A stretch of 64,000 nt of DNA from Octopus sinensis (GCF_006345805.1 NC_043005.1:89590001-89654000), one strand, 5' to 3'; shown: positions 13,101 to 26,827, counted from the stretch's first letter. Program-made: numbers and translations. Notes: generated by a model not told the origin, from the letters alone.

Positions 13101-13705
13101 GCTTTCTGTGTCATTATTAATCTGGTTTTTGAAACATAAATTATTATGGAATGTTAGAAGATTGTTTTACTTTAGATCTCTTTAAATTAGTGACTATCAT
13201 AGTCACAGTGGGGTGTGTGTGTGTGTCTCTTAGGCAGGTTGTTATCAAACGGGTTAAATATGTTAACATTTAACTTAGCCATTTTATTGCCTAGCTTCAA
13301 TTTGAAGTTTCATGTTTTGGTTAAAAGAGGCCCCTTTGTTAAAAGCAAGCTTTCCAAATACAGAAAGCTATCCTAATTATGAAGAGAGTTTAGTAAAAAC
13401 TGATTTTCTGAAAACGCAATGTTGTTTTAATTAGAGTAACAAAAATGGGAAAGTAATTTATACCAGGATGAATAATTGTAACAAAAGTACCTAATGGGTC
13501 GTTTGGAATAGTGATAAAATATTTGTTTTCCCTCCTTTTTTTAAGTCCCCTTTTGTTTCTGGTCTGAATGAAGTCTAAGTTGTTTTCCCCCATCTTAGCA
13601 GTATAATTGTTCCATTTAATTAATAACAGAATCAAGGGAAGAACATATCAAAGTCTACTCAAAATGTGTCTCAGTCATTAGATATTAGCTGTACTAACCA
13701 TTCTA

Positions 13706-14054
13706 CAGGGTGATTCAAAAGTTGCCATGCATAGAAAGAATTTATAAGAACAGTTTTTCCTTTTATTTAACAGGCTCTGTATAGTTATTGTTTTGAATAC
13801 ACATTTCAATGCGTTTAACCCCACTCATTGTGGACTCGTAACAGCACATCTGGTGATACGTGTGCAAATGAGTTGGTGACGTGTTCCTTCAAATGATTTG
13901 TTTTTTTTTCCCTGCGATACACCATGCCTTTCAAATGCCCCAAAGATAGAAATCAAGAGGGGTCAGATCAGGGATGTAGGGGATCTTATAAACTGTCTCT
14001 TATAAAAAAAAAAATTTTTTTTTTCCTATGTATGGAGACTTTTGAATCACCCTG
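13706..14054 (-). mobile_element. Internally deleted Tc1/mariner element, 349 bp
   Basis: 29-bp TIRs CAGGGTGATTCAAAAGT...CATAG (26/29 match); TA on the left flank only; transposase remnant PDLTPLDFYLWG/HLKGM on the minus strand. Confidence 0.85.
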
Positions 14055-14416
14055 AGTTCTATGGAACTGGGACATCTAGTCATGTTGTTCCACCTTTGAC
14101 AATAACAAATAATGACAATAACAATTTCTACTGCTAACTTTAAAGTCCAGATGTATTGTACATTACACACACATACACATATCATATATTACATAATACA
14201 TCTCTCACTCTCTCTCTCTCTCCCTCTCATATATTATAGTGAGGCAAGTATTATTAAGCATTGTAAATGTGTGATTGACATTGATGTTTTTCCCAACATA
14301 AGTGGAACAATTCCAACTAACAATTAAAATCTGAGTCATGGACTTACTCTGCCGAGGGAGTTACCATGGCACTGATACTACAACACTCACCACTTAACTC
14401 TGATGTCATAATGGTT

Positions 14417-14624
14417 TTAAATTTTGACACAAGGCCAGCAATTTCGGGCGAGGGGGCTTGGTTGATTACATTGACCCCAGTATTTAACTGGTTCTTATTT
14501 TATCGACCTCAAAATGATGAAGGCTAAGTTGACCTTGGTGGAATTTGAACTTTGAATGTAAAGAAGGACAAAATGCTGCTAACCATTTTGCCCAGCATGC
14601 TAATGATTCTGCTGACTCGCTGCC
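14417..14624 (-). mobile_element. SINE group B copy
   Basis: Reverse complement of the group B head and core. Confidence 0.75.
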
Positions 14625-15709
14625 TTTAATTCTGATGTAATGATAATAATAAAAATAAAAATATCGGTGGGGGTAGTGTGGGGGTGGGGTACTAATAGTA
14701 ATGACTTGTAGGCACAACTCAACAAATTTAGAAAGAAGGTCCCATTCAGTCATACCGACTCCACCCTTTTCGTATTTTATAAACCATGGAAGGAAGAGTG
14801 CAAAGTAGCAGAATGAAGCCAGTTGGGGGTCATGATTTCAAAACTGCAAAATGTGGTAACTATGGCAATGCTGTTGAGTCTGACAATCATCTCTTTTAAT
14901 TATATTATTAATTATAAATGAAGTCCTCTAGAAGAGTATAAGTCATGTTAGATTTAGTAGTAAAGTGGGTACTAGCATACTTGACGGATGGAGTAAATTA
15001 AAATGTCTTAGTTGATTAAAATTATACTTTCTACTGATAAAAACAATGTTTCTAAAGGACTAATTCTGTTTTAGGAACACAGGGGAGATAGCCCTATGAA
15101 ATTTCAATGAACTCAAATTTGGAGTGCATTGGGGAATCTGATCTATAACAGTATGAGAGATAACTGTAGACATGCTTCAGCCTCATCAGACCTCATTAGC
15201 AGAATATAGTGGAACTGTAACTGCAGATCTAGAAAAGTTTAGAAGATTGCTTTGGACGAAGATGTTTGGAGGAAGGCGGGGGAGGAATACCCAGGGACAC
15301 CTGCTGTGTGTAAACTCTATAGTGAAGTGATAGCTAGCATAGATAATTTGGTAAGACAATACATTTTAATTAATTAAAATGAGTCAAGTCTAGAATGTAG
15401 TGGAGGGTTTGTTGCTCAATGAAACAGCTGACAAATGTTCTAAGACCCTGTTGCTATGCACCAAAGTTATGAACACAAAGAGAGAGCAGCTATTTAGGAT
15501 AGGATATCTTTGGCTTACACACAGATGACGACAACGACAACAACAACCGTTTCTTATCAGATAATAATCACTTCACAAATTAGCTTCAAGTGGAATGAGA
15601 AACTGAAATTTCAATTGTGAACGATGATGATGTAATTGCCATACGCTTTGTCTACTTGGCAATTTGATATGATTGCTGAGGCACTTAGGAGATGTATGTG
15701 TGTGTGTGT

Positions 15710-15747
<38 letters not shown>

Positions 15748-16285
15748 GTAATTCAGAGTTTGCATACAATATATATTTTCCTTCTTTTTCCTCAACTGCT
15801 TTCCTGTTTCCTGTGTGTCGTTACTTTTAAAACTAATTAAAAATGCTGACTTTGTCTTTGAGTTAAACATTGTCTAAAGACTTTCTTTCACCCCCCCCCC
15901 TTATTCTGTCTCCCTGTTGCAGTGGTTGGTAAGATCAGCTTTTTTTTTTCATTCAGCTCTGGTTGAGCTAAAGTATGCCATAGGTGGGAGGTGAGGGCGG
16001 GGGGACAGATTTTATTTTAGTTTTCATTTTAAAACTAAGGCGATGACCTTCACCACACAAAAAAAAAAAAATGCAGGCTATGTCATTGTTTATTGTTTGT
16101 ATTACTTATATTGGTGATGATGATGGTGATGATTGTGTTATGTAAATGTCGACAGTTGTTGCTGGTTTGTGGAAATATTGATGGCAGATGTGTTGCCAAC
16201 AAAGACGATGATAATGTTGCTGTTGTTATGGCTGTTGCTCTCAGATCTAATCCTATCTGCTGTAACAAGACAGATATCCATCTAA

Positions 16286-16472
16286 TCATCATCATCATAA
16301 TCATCATCATCTAATGTCCATTTTCCATGCTGGTATGGGTTGGACAGGAGCTGGCCAGCTGGGGAGCTGAAACCAGGCTCCAGCCATCTGTTTTGACTTG
16401 GTTTCTATGGCTGGATGCCCTTCCTAATGCAAACCACTTTACAGGGTGTATTGAGTGCTTTTTATGTAGCAC
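16286..16472 (-). mobile_element. RTE 3' tail fragment
   Basis: (atc)n tail, ttccatgctggtatgggttggac, ggatgcccttcctaatgc. Confidence 0.75.
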
Positions 16473-17429
16473 AGGTTTGGTGTTATAGCTGTAAAGTCAC
16501 ACCTGTAGGGTTGACTATATTCCTTCCTGTTATTAACCATTCTTGTGGCCATTCAAGACTTGGATGCTATGAAGAGAAAGTTTTAATCTGCAAGCTTAAG
16601 TGAATGTTTAGAATTTCTCTAATCTAAAACGGTAGAATTCATAGATACTGCTGCTGTGTCATCATCATCATAGCTTGAAGAATCTGTTTTGACCCAGGTC
16701 AACTGTCACAGAAGAGGTCTGTGGCTGAGGGTATTTCAACCATGGCCTTCTCAACATTATTTGTTGATAAAGTATATCTAGAGGTCCATTATTCAATGTG
16801 TCTGTTTTATATGTTGTGGTGAAGTATGATTTAAAGGGAAAGTTGTTTCTAGTGATGGAGCAACATCTAGAAACTTCTACATTGGTTTGTTTGTTGGGAT
16901 GTATCGCATTCAATGGTTTGGTCTGCAAGAAGGAACTGTAATTATTGCCTCCACATCCCCTCTGAGACCATTCATGCCGTTAGTGTTTCTCTTGAATAAC
17001 TCTCAGTAAAATATGAAGAGGGAAAGTGAAGTGTTCAGTATGTGTGGTGGGGAGGAGTCAGCATGGGTAACAAGAGTATCTGAATGGAGAGGGACATCAG
17101 AGCAACCAGCTTTGATGTGTAGAGACTATTGTAGTAGAAAAGATAGGAGATGGAGGAGACACAGCAGTGGAAAGGGGAAGTTTTAGAAGGGATGTACATA
17201 ATGTGTGTGGGTAGAGGTGGATGTAAAACTTGTAGCAAATGTTTTTTGATCTTGAAGCATATTGAAAGAAAAAAAAAAAATATATATATATATATATTCA
17301 GCTTTTCTTTGATGTTCTCTAATACTTGTGGAACTTTTGCCTTAGACATATTGATTTAGTGTTTAAAGGTGTTCATTTTAGGTTTCATCATTTGTCAAAT
17401 CTAAACACCAGACAAGGTAACCTCACTAG

Positions 17430-17560
17430 TACTGGTGCCACATAAAAATCACCCAGTACACTCTGTTAAGTGGTCGGTGTTACAAAGGGTATTTGACTGT
17501 AGAAGCCAAATCAAAAATTACGCCTGGGCCAGATGTGGTTCTCTGGTCCTTTTAGGTGAC
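17430..17560 (+). mobile_element. RTE 3' tail fragment (truncated)
   Basis: ggtgccacataaaaatcacccagtacactctg. Confidence 0.55.
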
Positions 17561-19605
17561 CACCATCTCCAAATATGCGCTGAACCTGCCTGTGAAGATT
17601 TACCTAAGCCAGTTCAATGTAGAAATTGAATGGAAAACAATAGAACTGATGATGTCAATTTTTCAATTTGTTTCACTTTGAATTCTGTTCTTGCTTTTTA
17701 GAACATTGCTTTTCTTTGTTATTAATTATCATTTTTATAATGAATTTAATTAAATGATTTATTTATTTAATGCCATTCATATATGAACTTGGAATTGCAT
17801 CTAGTTGACCTTATATTCTGTTGTTTATTTCATATACGTTTGTTTATATTAATTCTGGAAAAATCATGTCTATCTCTAAATTGGCTGATCCATTAAAAAC
17901 ATTCTGAAACTCCACTCGTATTCTTTCAGATAGATTTAGATCTTGTTTATAGTATACTCACACACCAACTTGTAATTTTTAAAAATCACGTTTTAATTAA
18001 ATCTTGAAAGTCATATCTGCATCTCCAGCCATGGCGATATATTCTCAAAAGCCAGGATATCCTCATGACTCAGAGTAACTTTCACTCTGTTGCCTTCTGA
18101 ACTATTTTCGTATGTAATCTACTGAAACTGTGTTTAATTTTAGCCTGTGATATTGAAAAAGTGCTGCAAGCTGCTGGTAATAAGTAGAGGGTAGTCATGA
18201 AATAGTTGTTAGATCAGCCCTCAGACACTTCTTTGCAGATTCATTCAAGCTTTAGCAGCAGGGTGGCGGTAGTGGTGAGTGCAGGGTAGGGTTAGGGATA
18301 GTGTGGGCGTTTAACTGATGGGGATGATGTTAAGGATAATGATATGGCAGCAGAACTACTTTTTGGGGAAATTTAATCTTAAGTCCCTCTCTCTCTCTCT
18401 TTCTCGGTGACCATTTGTTATTGAAATCTAAACCGTGAATAAGTTTAAAATTAAATCAATATTGAAATTTTAATAAAATCATCCATTTATAATTTCTGCT
18501 TCTCTGCTCATACCCTTACTTTTTAACTTTTTTTGTTTTTCTTTGGTGAAGCAGTGATGGGGGTGTTAGTCATCCTAGTACTACAACCTGGACTAGTTCT
18601 AGAAATTGGTGATGTGGTGTTAGTTGTACTAATAAAAGTGTCGACCAGTTGTTTGGTGGAGTGATGAAGTTGGTGTTAGTTGTACTGCTGCTGCTGCTGC
18701 TACTACTACTACTACTACTACTACTTCAGTGTGGACCAGTGGTAGTAATTGGCAGTGTTATCTATGTTTGTCACCAGCCACTACAACACTGACTTCATCT
18801 CCAGCTTCTCTGACCTTTCTCTGATCTATTGATGATTGCTTCTAATTGCTGATTTAATCCACTTAGAAGAAACGTTCCCAGGCTTAACATTTCTCTCTGT
18901 GCATGTGGCAGCGTGACTCTGTGTGTGTGTGTGTGTGTGTGTGTTGCTTGTAAATTTATCAGTAGAACTTCCTATATTTCCTGTGTAGTGATGATGATGA
19001 TGATGATGGCAGTGGTGGTGTTGGCTGGGGTGAGTTTTGATTGCAGTTGTTGACTGTGGTGGTGGGGGAGGAGGTTGTTTAAATGTTTTTTTTTTGTTTT
19101 TATTTTGTGTAGCCAAGTATTAAGAAGCTCCACTCTAAGAGACTTTAAAATAATCTGATGAAACTTCCCACTCACTTCAGATTACTTAAATGTTTTTTTT
19201 GTTGTTGCTGTTGTTGTTTTTCTTGTTGTCTGTGTGTGTAACAGTCTCCAGCTCTGTGCCTGCCTTTTACGTTAAGTGGAGGTGGTGCTGGGCTTCCACC
19301 CTGGGACAACTCATCTCTTATTCTATAATATTACACATTCGTTTGGCATTCGTTTCTGAATGGAATACTTGTGTTGCCCACAAGAGGAATCCTACCAAGT
19401 TGACACTGATTTAAATAAACATGGTGGGTGGTGGTGGGGGGTAGGGACGGAGGGGGTTGTGGTGTTGGAGATTTAGATTTATTGGTTAGCAATGCACTGT
19501 ACTTATGAACTTATGAAAACTAGTAAATAATAATAATAATTTTCAACTAGCAATAACCACGCCTCAGATTTACCTCATTGGCCATAATAATAATCCCTTC
19601 TAGTG

Positions 19606-19790
19606 AAGGCACAAGGCCTGAAACTTTGGGGGTGGGGGATAGTTTGATTACATTGACCTCAGTGGTTCAATGGTACTTAATTTATCAACCCCAAAAGGAT
19701 GAAAGGCAAAGTCAACCTCGGCAGAATTTGAACTCAGAATGTCAATGGGCATTTTGTCTATCATGCTAACGATTTTGCCAGCACGCCACC
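19606..19790 (-). mobile_element. SINE group B copy
   Basis: gatgaaaggcaaagtcaacctcggcagaatttgaactcagaa. Confidence 0.75.
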
Positions 19791-19802
19791 ACCATAGTAG
19801 TA

Positions 19803-19845
<43 letters not shown>

Positions 19846-20874
19846 TAGCAGCAGCAAACCGTAGCAGGGCTCACCAAGTTACGCAATCCAAAAGATAGTG
19901 TTGCTAGGCACAACCAACACCCAGTGCAAGAAAGTTCTTAACTCAGTCCCACGGCTTGTGCAGTGCATGGTCCCTGTGCACACAGCGCAGATTCTATTTC
20001 ATCCCCACCCAATAACACAACAAGGACTTCCTCCATAACTGATCACATACTCCCTCTATAATTGATGGCTGACACTGTAATACCAGCAACTTACCCAATT
20101 TCCATTCTATGCTACAGCAACCTATCAAAAACACTGTGATGCAATGTGGACTTTACACCAGCATTTTCAAACTGCAGCGTCTCAATGGACATAATGTACC
20201 CTCTGCTGGGGGGGGGATGCTGCTGCTGCTTATTTTAAAATACATTTTCTATAAAAATTTGCATCATATTAATTCTTTATTATTAAGTAAAAATACTTAT
20301 TTGCTGACTAATAATCTTATTTTTATTAAATTTTTATTTTTGGGGTTTCCCCATTTTTAACCTTCTGGCTTACGCCACTCACAGGCCACACTTGTGTTTG
20401 AAAAGAGTCGTGTTTGACCTGCTTGCTCTACACAGCCAACACAATGTACTCTACACAACCATCATCTGTCACTAAAGTACATTACACCATTCACAGAGCA
20501 CATCATCATTTTAATGTCCATTTTCTATGCTGGCATGGGTTGGACGGTTTTGATCAAAGCTGGCAAGTCAGAGAGAGAGGTACACCCGACTCCATAAATA
20601 ACACTCAACTAAATAACACAACAACCAGCACAGTATATAAACACAGTAATCATTAATTTGACAGTAAAATGAAGGGGAGAGAACCTCTACATAGTGAGGT
20701 CCCCGGGTTGCAGTTGCAAGCACAGCTGATTGATACAAAGGTTAGCAGTGAATATGGGAATGAACTGTCCTGGAGCATCCGGCATTTGCTCTGCATTTGG
20801 TTTCAAGTTAAAGCCATAAAAAGCAGTATGGTCAAGGGGGCAGGGTCAGCGAAAGAATCCTCCACTAACTAAAG

Positions 20875-21096
20875 GCAACACATGTGTCTGTCTTGTCTTT
20901 TACTTGTTTTAGCCATTTGGTTGTGTCCATGCTGGAGCACTGCCTTGAAGAATTGAACTCAGTAATTACTTTTTGAAAGCTTGGTGCAACACATGTGTCT
21001 GTCTTGTCTTTTACTTGTTTTAGCCATTTGGTTGTGTCCATGATGGAGCACTGCCTTGAAGAATTGAACTCAGTAATTACTTTTTGAAAGCTTGGT
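20875..21096. repeat. 111-bp tandem duplication within a minus-strand SINE A tail
   Basis: Units 20875-20985 and 20986-21096 differ by one substitution. Confidence 0.9.
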
Positions 21097-21450
21097 GCTT
21101 ATTCTATCGGCCTCTTATTCCAAACTGCTAAGTTATGGGGATGGAAGCATACCCACACCAGTTGTCAAGTGGTAGGGAACACGCACACAGATAGACACAG
21201 GCGCATGAGCATGCATCCACACGCGCACGTGCACACACACACACACGACAGGCTTCTTTCAGTTTCCATCGACCAAATCCAATCTGAAGGACACTGCTTG
21301 TATATACTGCAAAAACATGAGGTGCAGTAGAAAGTTGCATAAATTTGTTTCAAACAGCAACATTAAGGGTTTCTAATTTAAACACAAGACCAAGTTTTAA
21401 GGGGTGGGATCTAGCTGATTAAAGCACCCCTATATTTCACTGGTACTTAA

Positions 21451-21643
21451 CCAGATTATTCTGTCAAGCGTAATGGTTGTTTATTCCCATTCAATCGTGC
21501 ATTAGCTCTTAGGTTCAAGATTTTGATGGTTGTTTACTTACAGAATGACATTGTAGGGTAGGTGTAAGGTGTTGGATCTGGCCCATTTGAACACAAGAGG
21601 TAGAATATTTTGGTCAGATCTGGTCAGTTTAAATGCTAAAGGG
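21451..21643 (+). mobile_element. TTAA-type MITE family 2, 5' eroded
   Basis: aatgacattgtagggtaggtg...tttaaatgctaaaggg. Confidence 0.6.
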
Positions 21644-22514
21644 CTAATTGGTACTTTATAATTATGACCACAGTGGGATGAAAGGTGAAGAGAACTTTGG
21701 CAATGCTGCTGGTGGTGGTTTCTTACATTGGGCTAATTCCACAATTTGTTGGGGTAGGGAGAGTTGATGTCACTGATCCACTTGTACATATTTTATCACC
21801 CCCACTTCTACCCAAGAAATGAAAAGTAAAGCCAGCCTGGTGAGAGACTTGGGACATATAGGGACCAAAATACCCTTAATTTAACAACTTGCTTTATTAA
21901 TAAAGATCTTCAAAACAATAGCAAGTTTTGAGCTTCAGAACACCTTATCTCCTCCTAAACAGTAATTGGAATGTTCCAGCATTGTTGAAGTGGTTGTTAA
22001 TTATGATTTAAATATAGACTATTTAAAAAGTAATTAATGTCTTAATGTATGTTAATAAATTAATTATACCTCTTAATCAAATTGAGAACATATACAGCCT
22101 GTAATGAACGTCTGTGTGTGTGATTGCAACGCTCCTTGTCTAGGAGCTTTCAACACTACTATCCATCCAATCTGCTGTGAGCCTTGCAACTTTTTCACAT
22201 TATGGATTGGATCAAAATTGTATGAGATTATTGTTAATCCAGCCACTTAATGCCTTCATTACCATATTTGTTGAAATCCACTGCTTTTGTTTCAATTTAT
22301 TTTGAAAATAATAAATCTATTAGAATAACTTGGTCCTTAGGACACTGGTGTTTTGAACTTAATTTGACCTGAAATTTTGATGGAAGAGTTTAAATGAGAT
22401 CGCTTATATTAAGAAATTTGCATCATAGACCCAGGTTAAGTTTGAAACTATCAGAATATTGTAAAATTATTTTCACCCTAATTACAGGTGTATTATTGTT
22501 TTATATTCTTTCAG

Positions 22515-22598
22515 GTGGGTTAGAGAATTCCTTAATGATGAAAACCAAGGTTTGGATGTTCTTGTCGATTACCTCTCATTTTCACAAGTGGTCATGAG
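22515..22598 (+). CDS. FMNL: FMNL exon (GBD): (E)[27 protein letters not shown](R)
   Basis: Acceptor tctttcag, donor AG|gtttgt; 84 nt; completes the IE/W junction after a 15.4-kb intron. Confidence 0.95.
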
Positions 22599-22962
22599 GT
22601 TTGTAACTTTGATCATTTTTTGGTTTTGTTTTTACATTTGTTTATTCTATATGATTGATCTAAGTTATTGATTTTTTTTTAACAGGTAAAACCAGTAACT
22701 TTTTTTGCTTAGTGGCAAAGTATAGTTGATCACATTGACTCCAGTATATTACTGGTATGTGTTTTGTGGCTTCCATCCCATAATAATACAGCCACACTTA
22801 ACTGCAAAAATATTTAAGCAAAGAACTGTGATGCGTTCAGTACTCACAACTATCAAATGGTGAAACGGTTTAGATTTTTTAACCAGCTTCATGGATTGCC
22901 AGACCCCGTCTTTCTCTTTACTCCAATTGGTGTTATCGGCCAAGCTTTAGAAACAGGCACTC

Positions 22963-23210
22963 CGTCAGTTATGGCGAAGACGGTTCCCGTTGATCCAATC
23001 AAGAAAACAGCCTGTGCATGAAATTAACATGCAGATGGCTGAGTACTCCCTGTCATGAGTACCCTGTGACATGACTGGTCCTTTTTTATTTTTGTCAGCT
23101 GAGTGGACTGGGGTGACATGAAATGAAGCGCCTTGTTGAAGGATACAACATGCTGTTAGGAATCGAACTCTTGGCCTTGTGATCATGAGCCAAATAGCGT
23201 AACCACCACA
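22963..23210 (-). mobile_element. SINE group C copy
   Basis: ggaatcgaactc (B box, reverse complement) and body shared with 56992-57305. Confidence 0.65.
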
Positions 23211-23598
23211 CTGTTGGATAATGTAGTTTTAATAAGATTGTCTGAAAGAAAAAGAACAAAGCAAGAGGGTTGGTCCTGGATGGAGTGTTTGTGATTGTTC
23301 AACCAGACCTGATCTGAGGAGTAAAAATAACATCAATTCCATATTTAGTGGGCATTGTGGTGGGTTTTGTAGTCTCTTTCTTTGTTCTAAATTTATTTTC
23401 CTGGTTGGCCGCTCTGTCATAATTCATTATCAATCCAGACATTGATTAGTCTGCTGATGATAAACTTGGATGTGAAGGGACTTTTTTCAATCTGTAGGAA
23501 GGCTTGTAAAATACTTATTATTGACATTGTATAATACTGAAGGTTATGTTTATTCAGAAAATCCAAATGACATTTAGCAGAGGGGAAATTAAGATTAA

Positions 23599-23766
23599 TC
23601 TTTTAGCATTCAAATTGATTTATCAAATGTAATGCTTATTTATCCACATTTTTCAATATTGATCATGTAATTAATCTTGTAGTTTTGAGATTTTGAAGAC
23701 GTGATTGTTTATTTTTAGAATAGCATCATAGGGTAGGTGTGTGAGGCCTGTTTGAATGCTGAAGGG
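23599..23766 (+). mobile_element. TTAA-type MITE family 2
   Basis: TTAA flanks; TCTTTTAGCATTC...GAATGCTGAAGGG ends. Confidence 0.7.
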
Positions 23767-24218
23767 TTAAAGGATTATTTTTTCAGTCTGGTGAAGAGCA
23801 GTGGCCATTGAATTGTCACTGACCTCCTCCCCATGGTCAAGTCACAAATTTGCTGGTCCTTACAGATGGGTGAAGACCATCACAGTGAATATTCAGCTTG
23901 AGTATTCTACAGGTTAATTTCTTTGAGGAGAGAGAGGATCTTGTGGAGGGCTGTTGTAGTTTTAAGGAGAAAAGTGTAGGGAAAGTATTTAGTGTGGCTT
24001 TTTTTTTTTGTGTGTGTGGTTACAATAAGAGGAGACTAGGGGCAGATGGGTGAATCAGGTAATTCTGACAAGCAACTCTTGTCACAATAGTTACTGATAA
24101 ATGTGAGCTATACTCCGGTATAGAATGTGTTTGTCTTTTGTATCTTATGTAAAACTCAATCTTCATGCAGCACTTCAATTGATTTCTATATTTTTTCCCA
24201 AATATTTTTCTATTTCAG

Positions 24219-24417
24219 ACGGGAACAATTATTAAACAGAGAAAAAAGTGCAAGCTTAGATTCTGGTTTATCTAGGAGTCCCATCAGAAGGATGAGAAGG
24301 TCCAACACAGTGGGGTCCCCTAGGGGTTTGAAGTACAACACCAAATTAAACATGGGAGAACCCAGAGATGATGTCCATGTGTGTATTATGTGTCTTCGGG
24401 CGATCATGAATCATCAG
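24219..24417 (+). CDS. FMNL: FMNL exon (GBD/FH3): REQLLNREK...GEPRDDVHVCIMCLRAIMNHQ
   Basis: Acceptor tatttcag, donor CAG|gtaagc; 199 nt; lies within ORF 24127-24537. Confidence 0.95.
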
Positions 24418-24644
24418 GTAAGCAGCTTTGGAATTTTTGTTGTTTCCAGAAGAGAGTTTAGAAGCAAAAATAACAATGAGGGAAGGCAAGGTGGAGCAAA
24501 TATCACTGGTTTTATGTTGAAAGGAGAGAATTTGTGAAGGAAATGGTTATTTTGAAGAGAGAAAATTTCTATTTGATATCACAGTGATCTGTTGCTGGTG
24601 TCTTTAATAAATATGTTAATTAAACAGACTACAGTATCCAGTGG

Positions 24645-25158
24645 AACTTTTCTGACTTCAAGGTCAGCCTGTAATGATATACATAAGATCTGGTCATCAA
24701 ATCTAAGTCGAGATTTCAAACTTAAAATCTTCAAAGCCACAGTCAAACCAATTCTACTATATGGTTCAGAAACCTGGACGTTATCAAAGAAGCTTGAGAG
24801 GCAGTTGGATGGAACTTACACTCGCCTCCTTATGAGAGCTCAAAATCTCTTGTCGAAGCGTCATCCAACCAAAGTACAAATATATGGGAAATTACCACCT
24901 GTATCATCTCTTGTGAAAGGTAGAAGAGTCCAGTTTGCTGGACATTGCTGTAGAGCTGAAAACGAGGTAATTTCCTCTCGTCTCCTCTGGAAGCCATCTG
25001 CTCACGATACCAGAGGGCGTACACTCTCCTACCCTGATGTAATCTCCAGGGATACAGGCATCCAGCAACAGGACCTCCGTAATGCTATGACGGACCGTGA
25101 AGTCTGGCATAGGATAGTAAATTCCATTGTCTTGACCACGGTCAAACAATGATGATGA
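24645..25158 (+). mobile_element. RTE-clade LINE 3' end (5'-truncated), open frame to its stop, (TGA)n tail
   Basis: ORF 24592-25152: KIFKATVKPILLYGSETWTL...RRVQFAGHC...DLRNAMTDREVW; stop followed directly by tgatga. Confidence 0.85.
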
Positions 25159-25915
25159 ACACTCACTGTTACATCATATGTATGTGTGTCATTTATTGGT
25201 TTGGGTTTGAAAAGGTTTGAATGATCAGCTTTGATGTATTGAGTCGAATGAGTTCACATCTAACAAAAATATCTTGTGTGAGCTTTTATGATCAAGGTAG
25301 ATAACTCTGTTTGGTAAGTAAAAAGAAGTTCTCCTCAGCATAAAGATTTGAAGAGTTCATTGAATTGGTTTGTGATGAGTGAAGAAGTCCAACATTTTGA
25401 ACACTTTGGGGACAAAGAATATTGAGTTCTTGTCATCTAGGTTGTAAAGTTTGACCCACAATTTTACAAATTTGGCATCAAGAACTCTTAATCTCTCCCT
25501 CCCTGTCGGGAAAAAAAGTTTGAAACATTATTGCAGATTTACACACCAGATCAACTTGAACTCTTTACAGATTAATTGTTGCTAATACAGAGCAATACCA
25601 TTTCTCTTGGATTCTGAATGTTACCATGTCTATTCCTTCATGCTAAACTAGTTAGCAGATAACTTTAGCAACAGAATAATGAAACCTTTTACTTTCTATA
25701 ATATTCAAATCAGAAATCAATATTTATGGAATCCATTTTACTAATTAAAAAATGGATGTAATACAATTTAAAACAATTTACTTCTCTGTTTTTAGTCTCC
25801 ACAGAGAAACTGAAATGAAATTCAATGCTATCTAAATTTTCTTAACTTTTCTGTATCTATCTGTATATAGGTATATATTTGTGTGTGTGTGTATTTATAT
25901 ATATATTTATACATA

Positions 25916-26307
25916 GGCGCAGGAGTGGCTGTGTGGTAAGTAGCTTGCTAATCAACCACATGGTTCCGGGTTCAGTCCTACTGCGTGGCACCTTGGGCAA
26001 GTGTCTTCTACTATAGCCTCGGGCCAACCAAAGCCTTGTGAGTGGATTTGGTAGACGGAAACTGAAAGAAGCCCATCATATATATGTATATATATATGTG
26101 TGTGAGTTTGTGTGTCTGTGTTTGTCCCTCCAACATCGCTTGACAACCGATGCTGGTGTGTTTATGTCCCCGTAACTTAACGGTTCGGCAAAAGAGACCG
26201 ATAGAATAAGTACTAGGCTTACAAAGAATAAGCCCTGGGGTCGATTTGCTCGACTAAAGGTGGTGCTCCTGCATGGCCGCAGTCAAATGACTGAAACAAG
26301 TAAAAGA
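25916..26307 (+). mobile_element. SINE group A, well-preserved full-length copy
   Basis: ggcgcaggagtggctgtgtggtaag (A-box-like), ggttcagtcc (B-box-like), tail gaaacaagtaaaaga. Confidence 0.85.
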
Positions 26308-26310
26308 GAT

Positions 26311-26704
26311 ATATGTATACTTTTATTAATATTTAGCAGAAGCAACAGAGTGACTCAAGGTCTGAGAGTTTCGTGCATTGGCACAAAATTCTCAGACCTT
26401 GAGAGTCACTCTGTTACTTCTGCTAAATATTAATAAGAATATGCATATACAAATATGTTAAGGTCTATTCTACCTGTTTGCACCAACATACCTGTGTGTA
26501 TGTATATATATGTATACTTTTATTAATATTTAGCAGAAGCGACAGAGTGACTCAAGTTCTGAGAGTTTCGTGCATTGGCACAAAATTCTCAGACCTTGAG
26601 AGTCACTCTGTTACTTCTGCTAAATATTAATAAGAATATGCATATACAAATATGTTAAGGTCTATTCTACCTGTTTGCACCAACATACCTGTGTGTATGT
26701 ATAT
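26311..26704. repeat. Two tandem 197-bp units, each containing a ~55-bp-stem hairpin
   Basis: Hairpins at 26323-26436 and 26520-26633, loop ATTG; units differ by 2 substitutions. Confidence 0.92.
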
Positions 26705-26752
26705 ATATATGTGTATGTATATATATATATATCTATATATATATATATATAA

Positions 26753-26820
<68 letters not shown>

Positions 26821-26827
26821 CTTGGAA

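Noticed and set aside
15169-15189. Minus-strand CTGATGA-GGCT-GAAGC-ATGTC, a hammerhead-like remnant
   Set aside because: GAAA is broken, stem II is collapsed and stem I is absent; at most a fossil
17820-17960. Faint pogo/Tigger-like peptide (WISQFRDRH) on the minus strand
   Set aside because: Too short and interrupted by stops; no TIRs found
19424-19470. G-rich run with G-quadruplex potential
   Set aside because: Low-complexity tract typical of this genome; no supporting context
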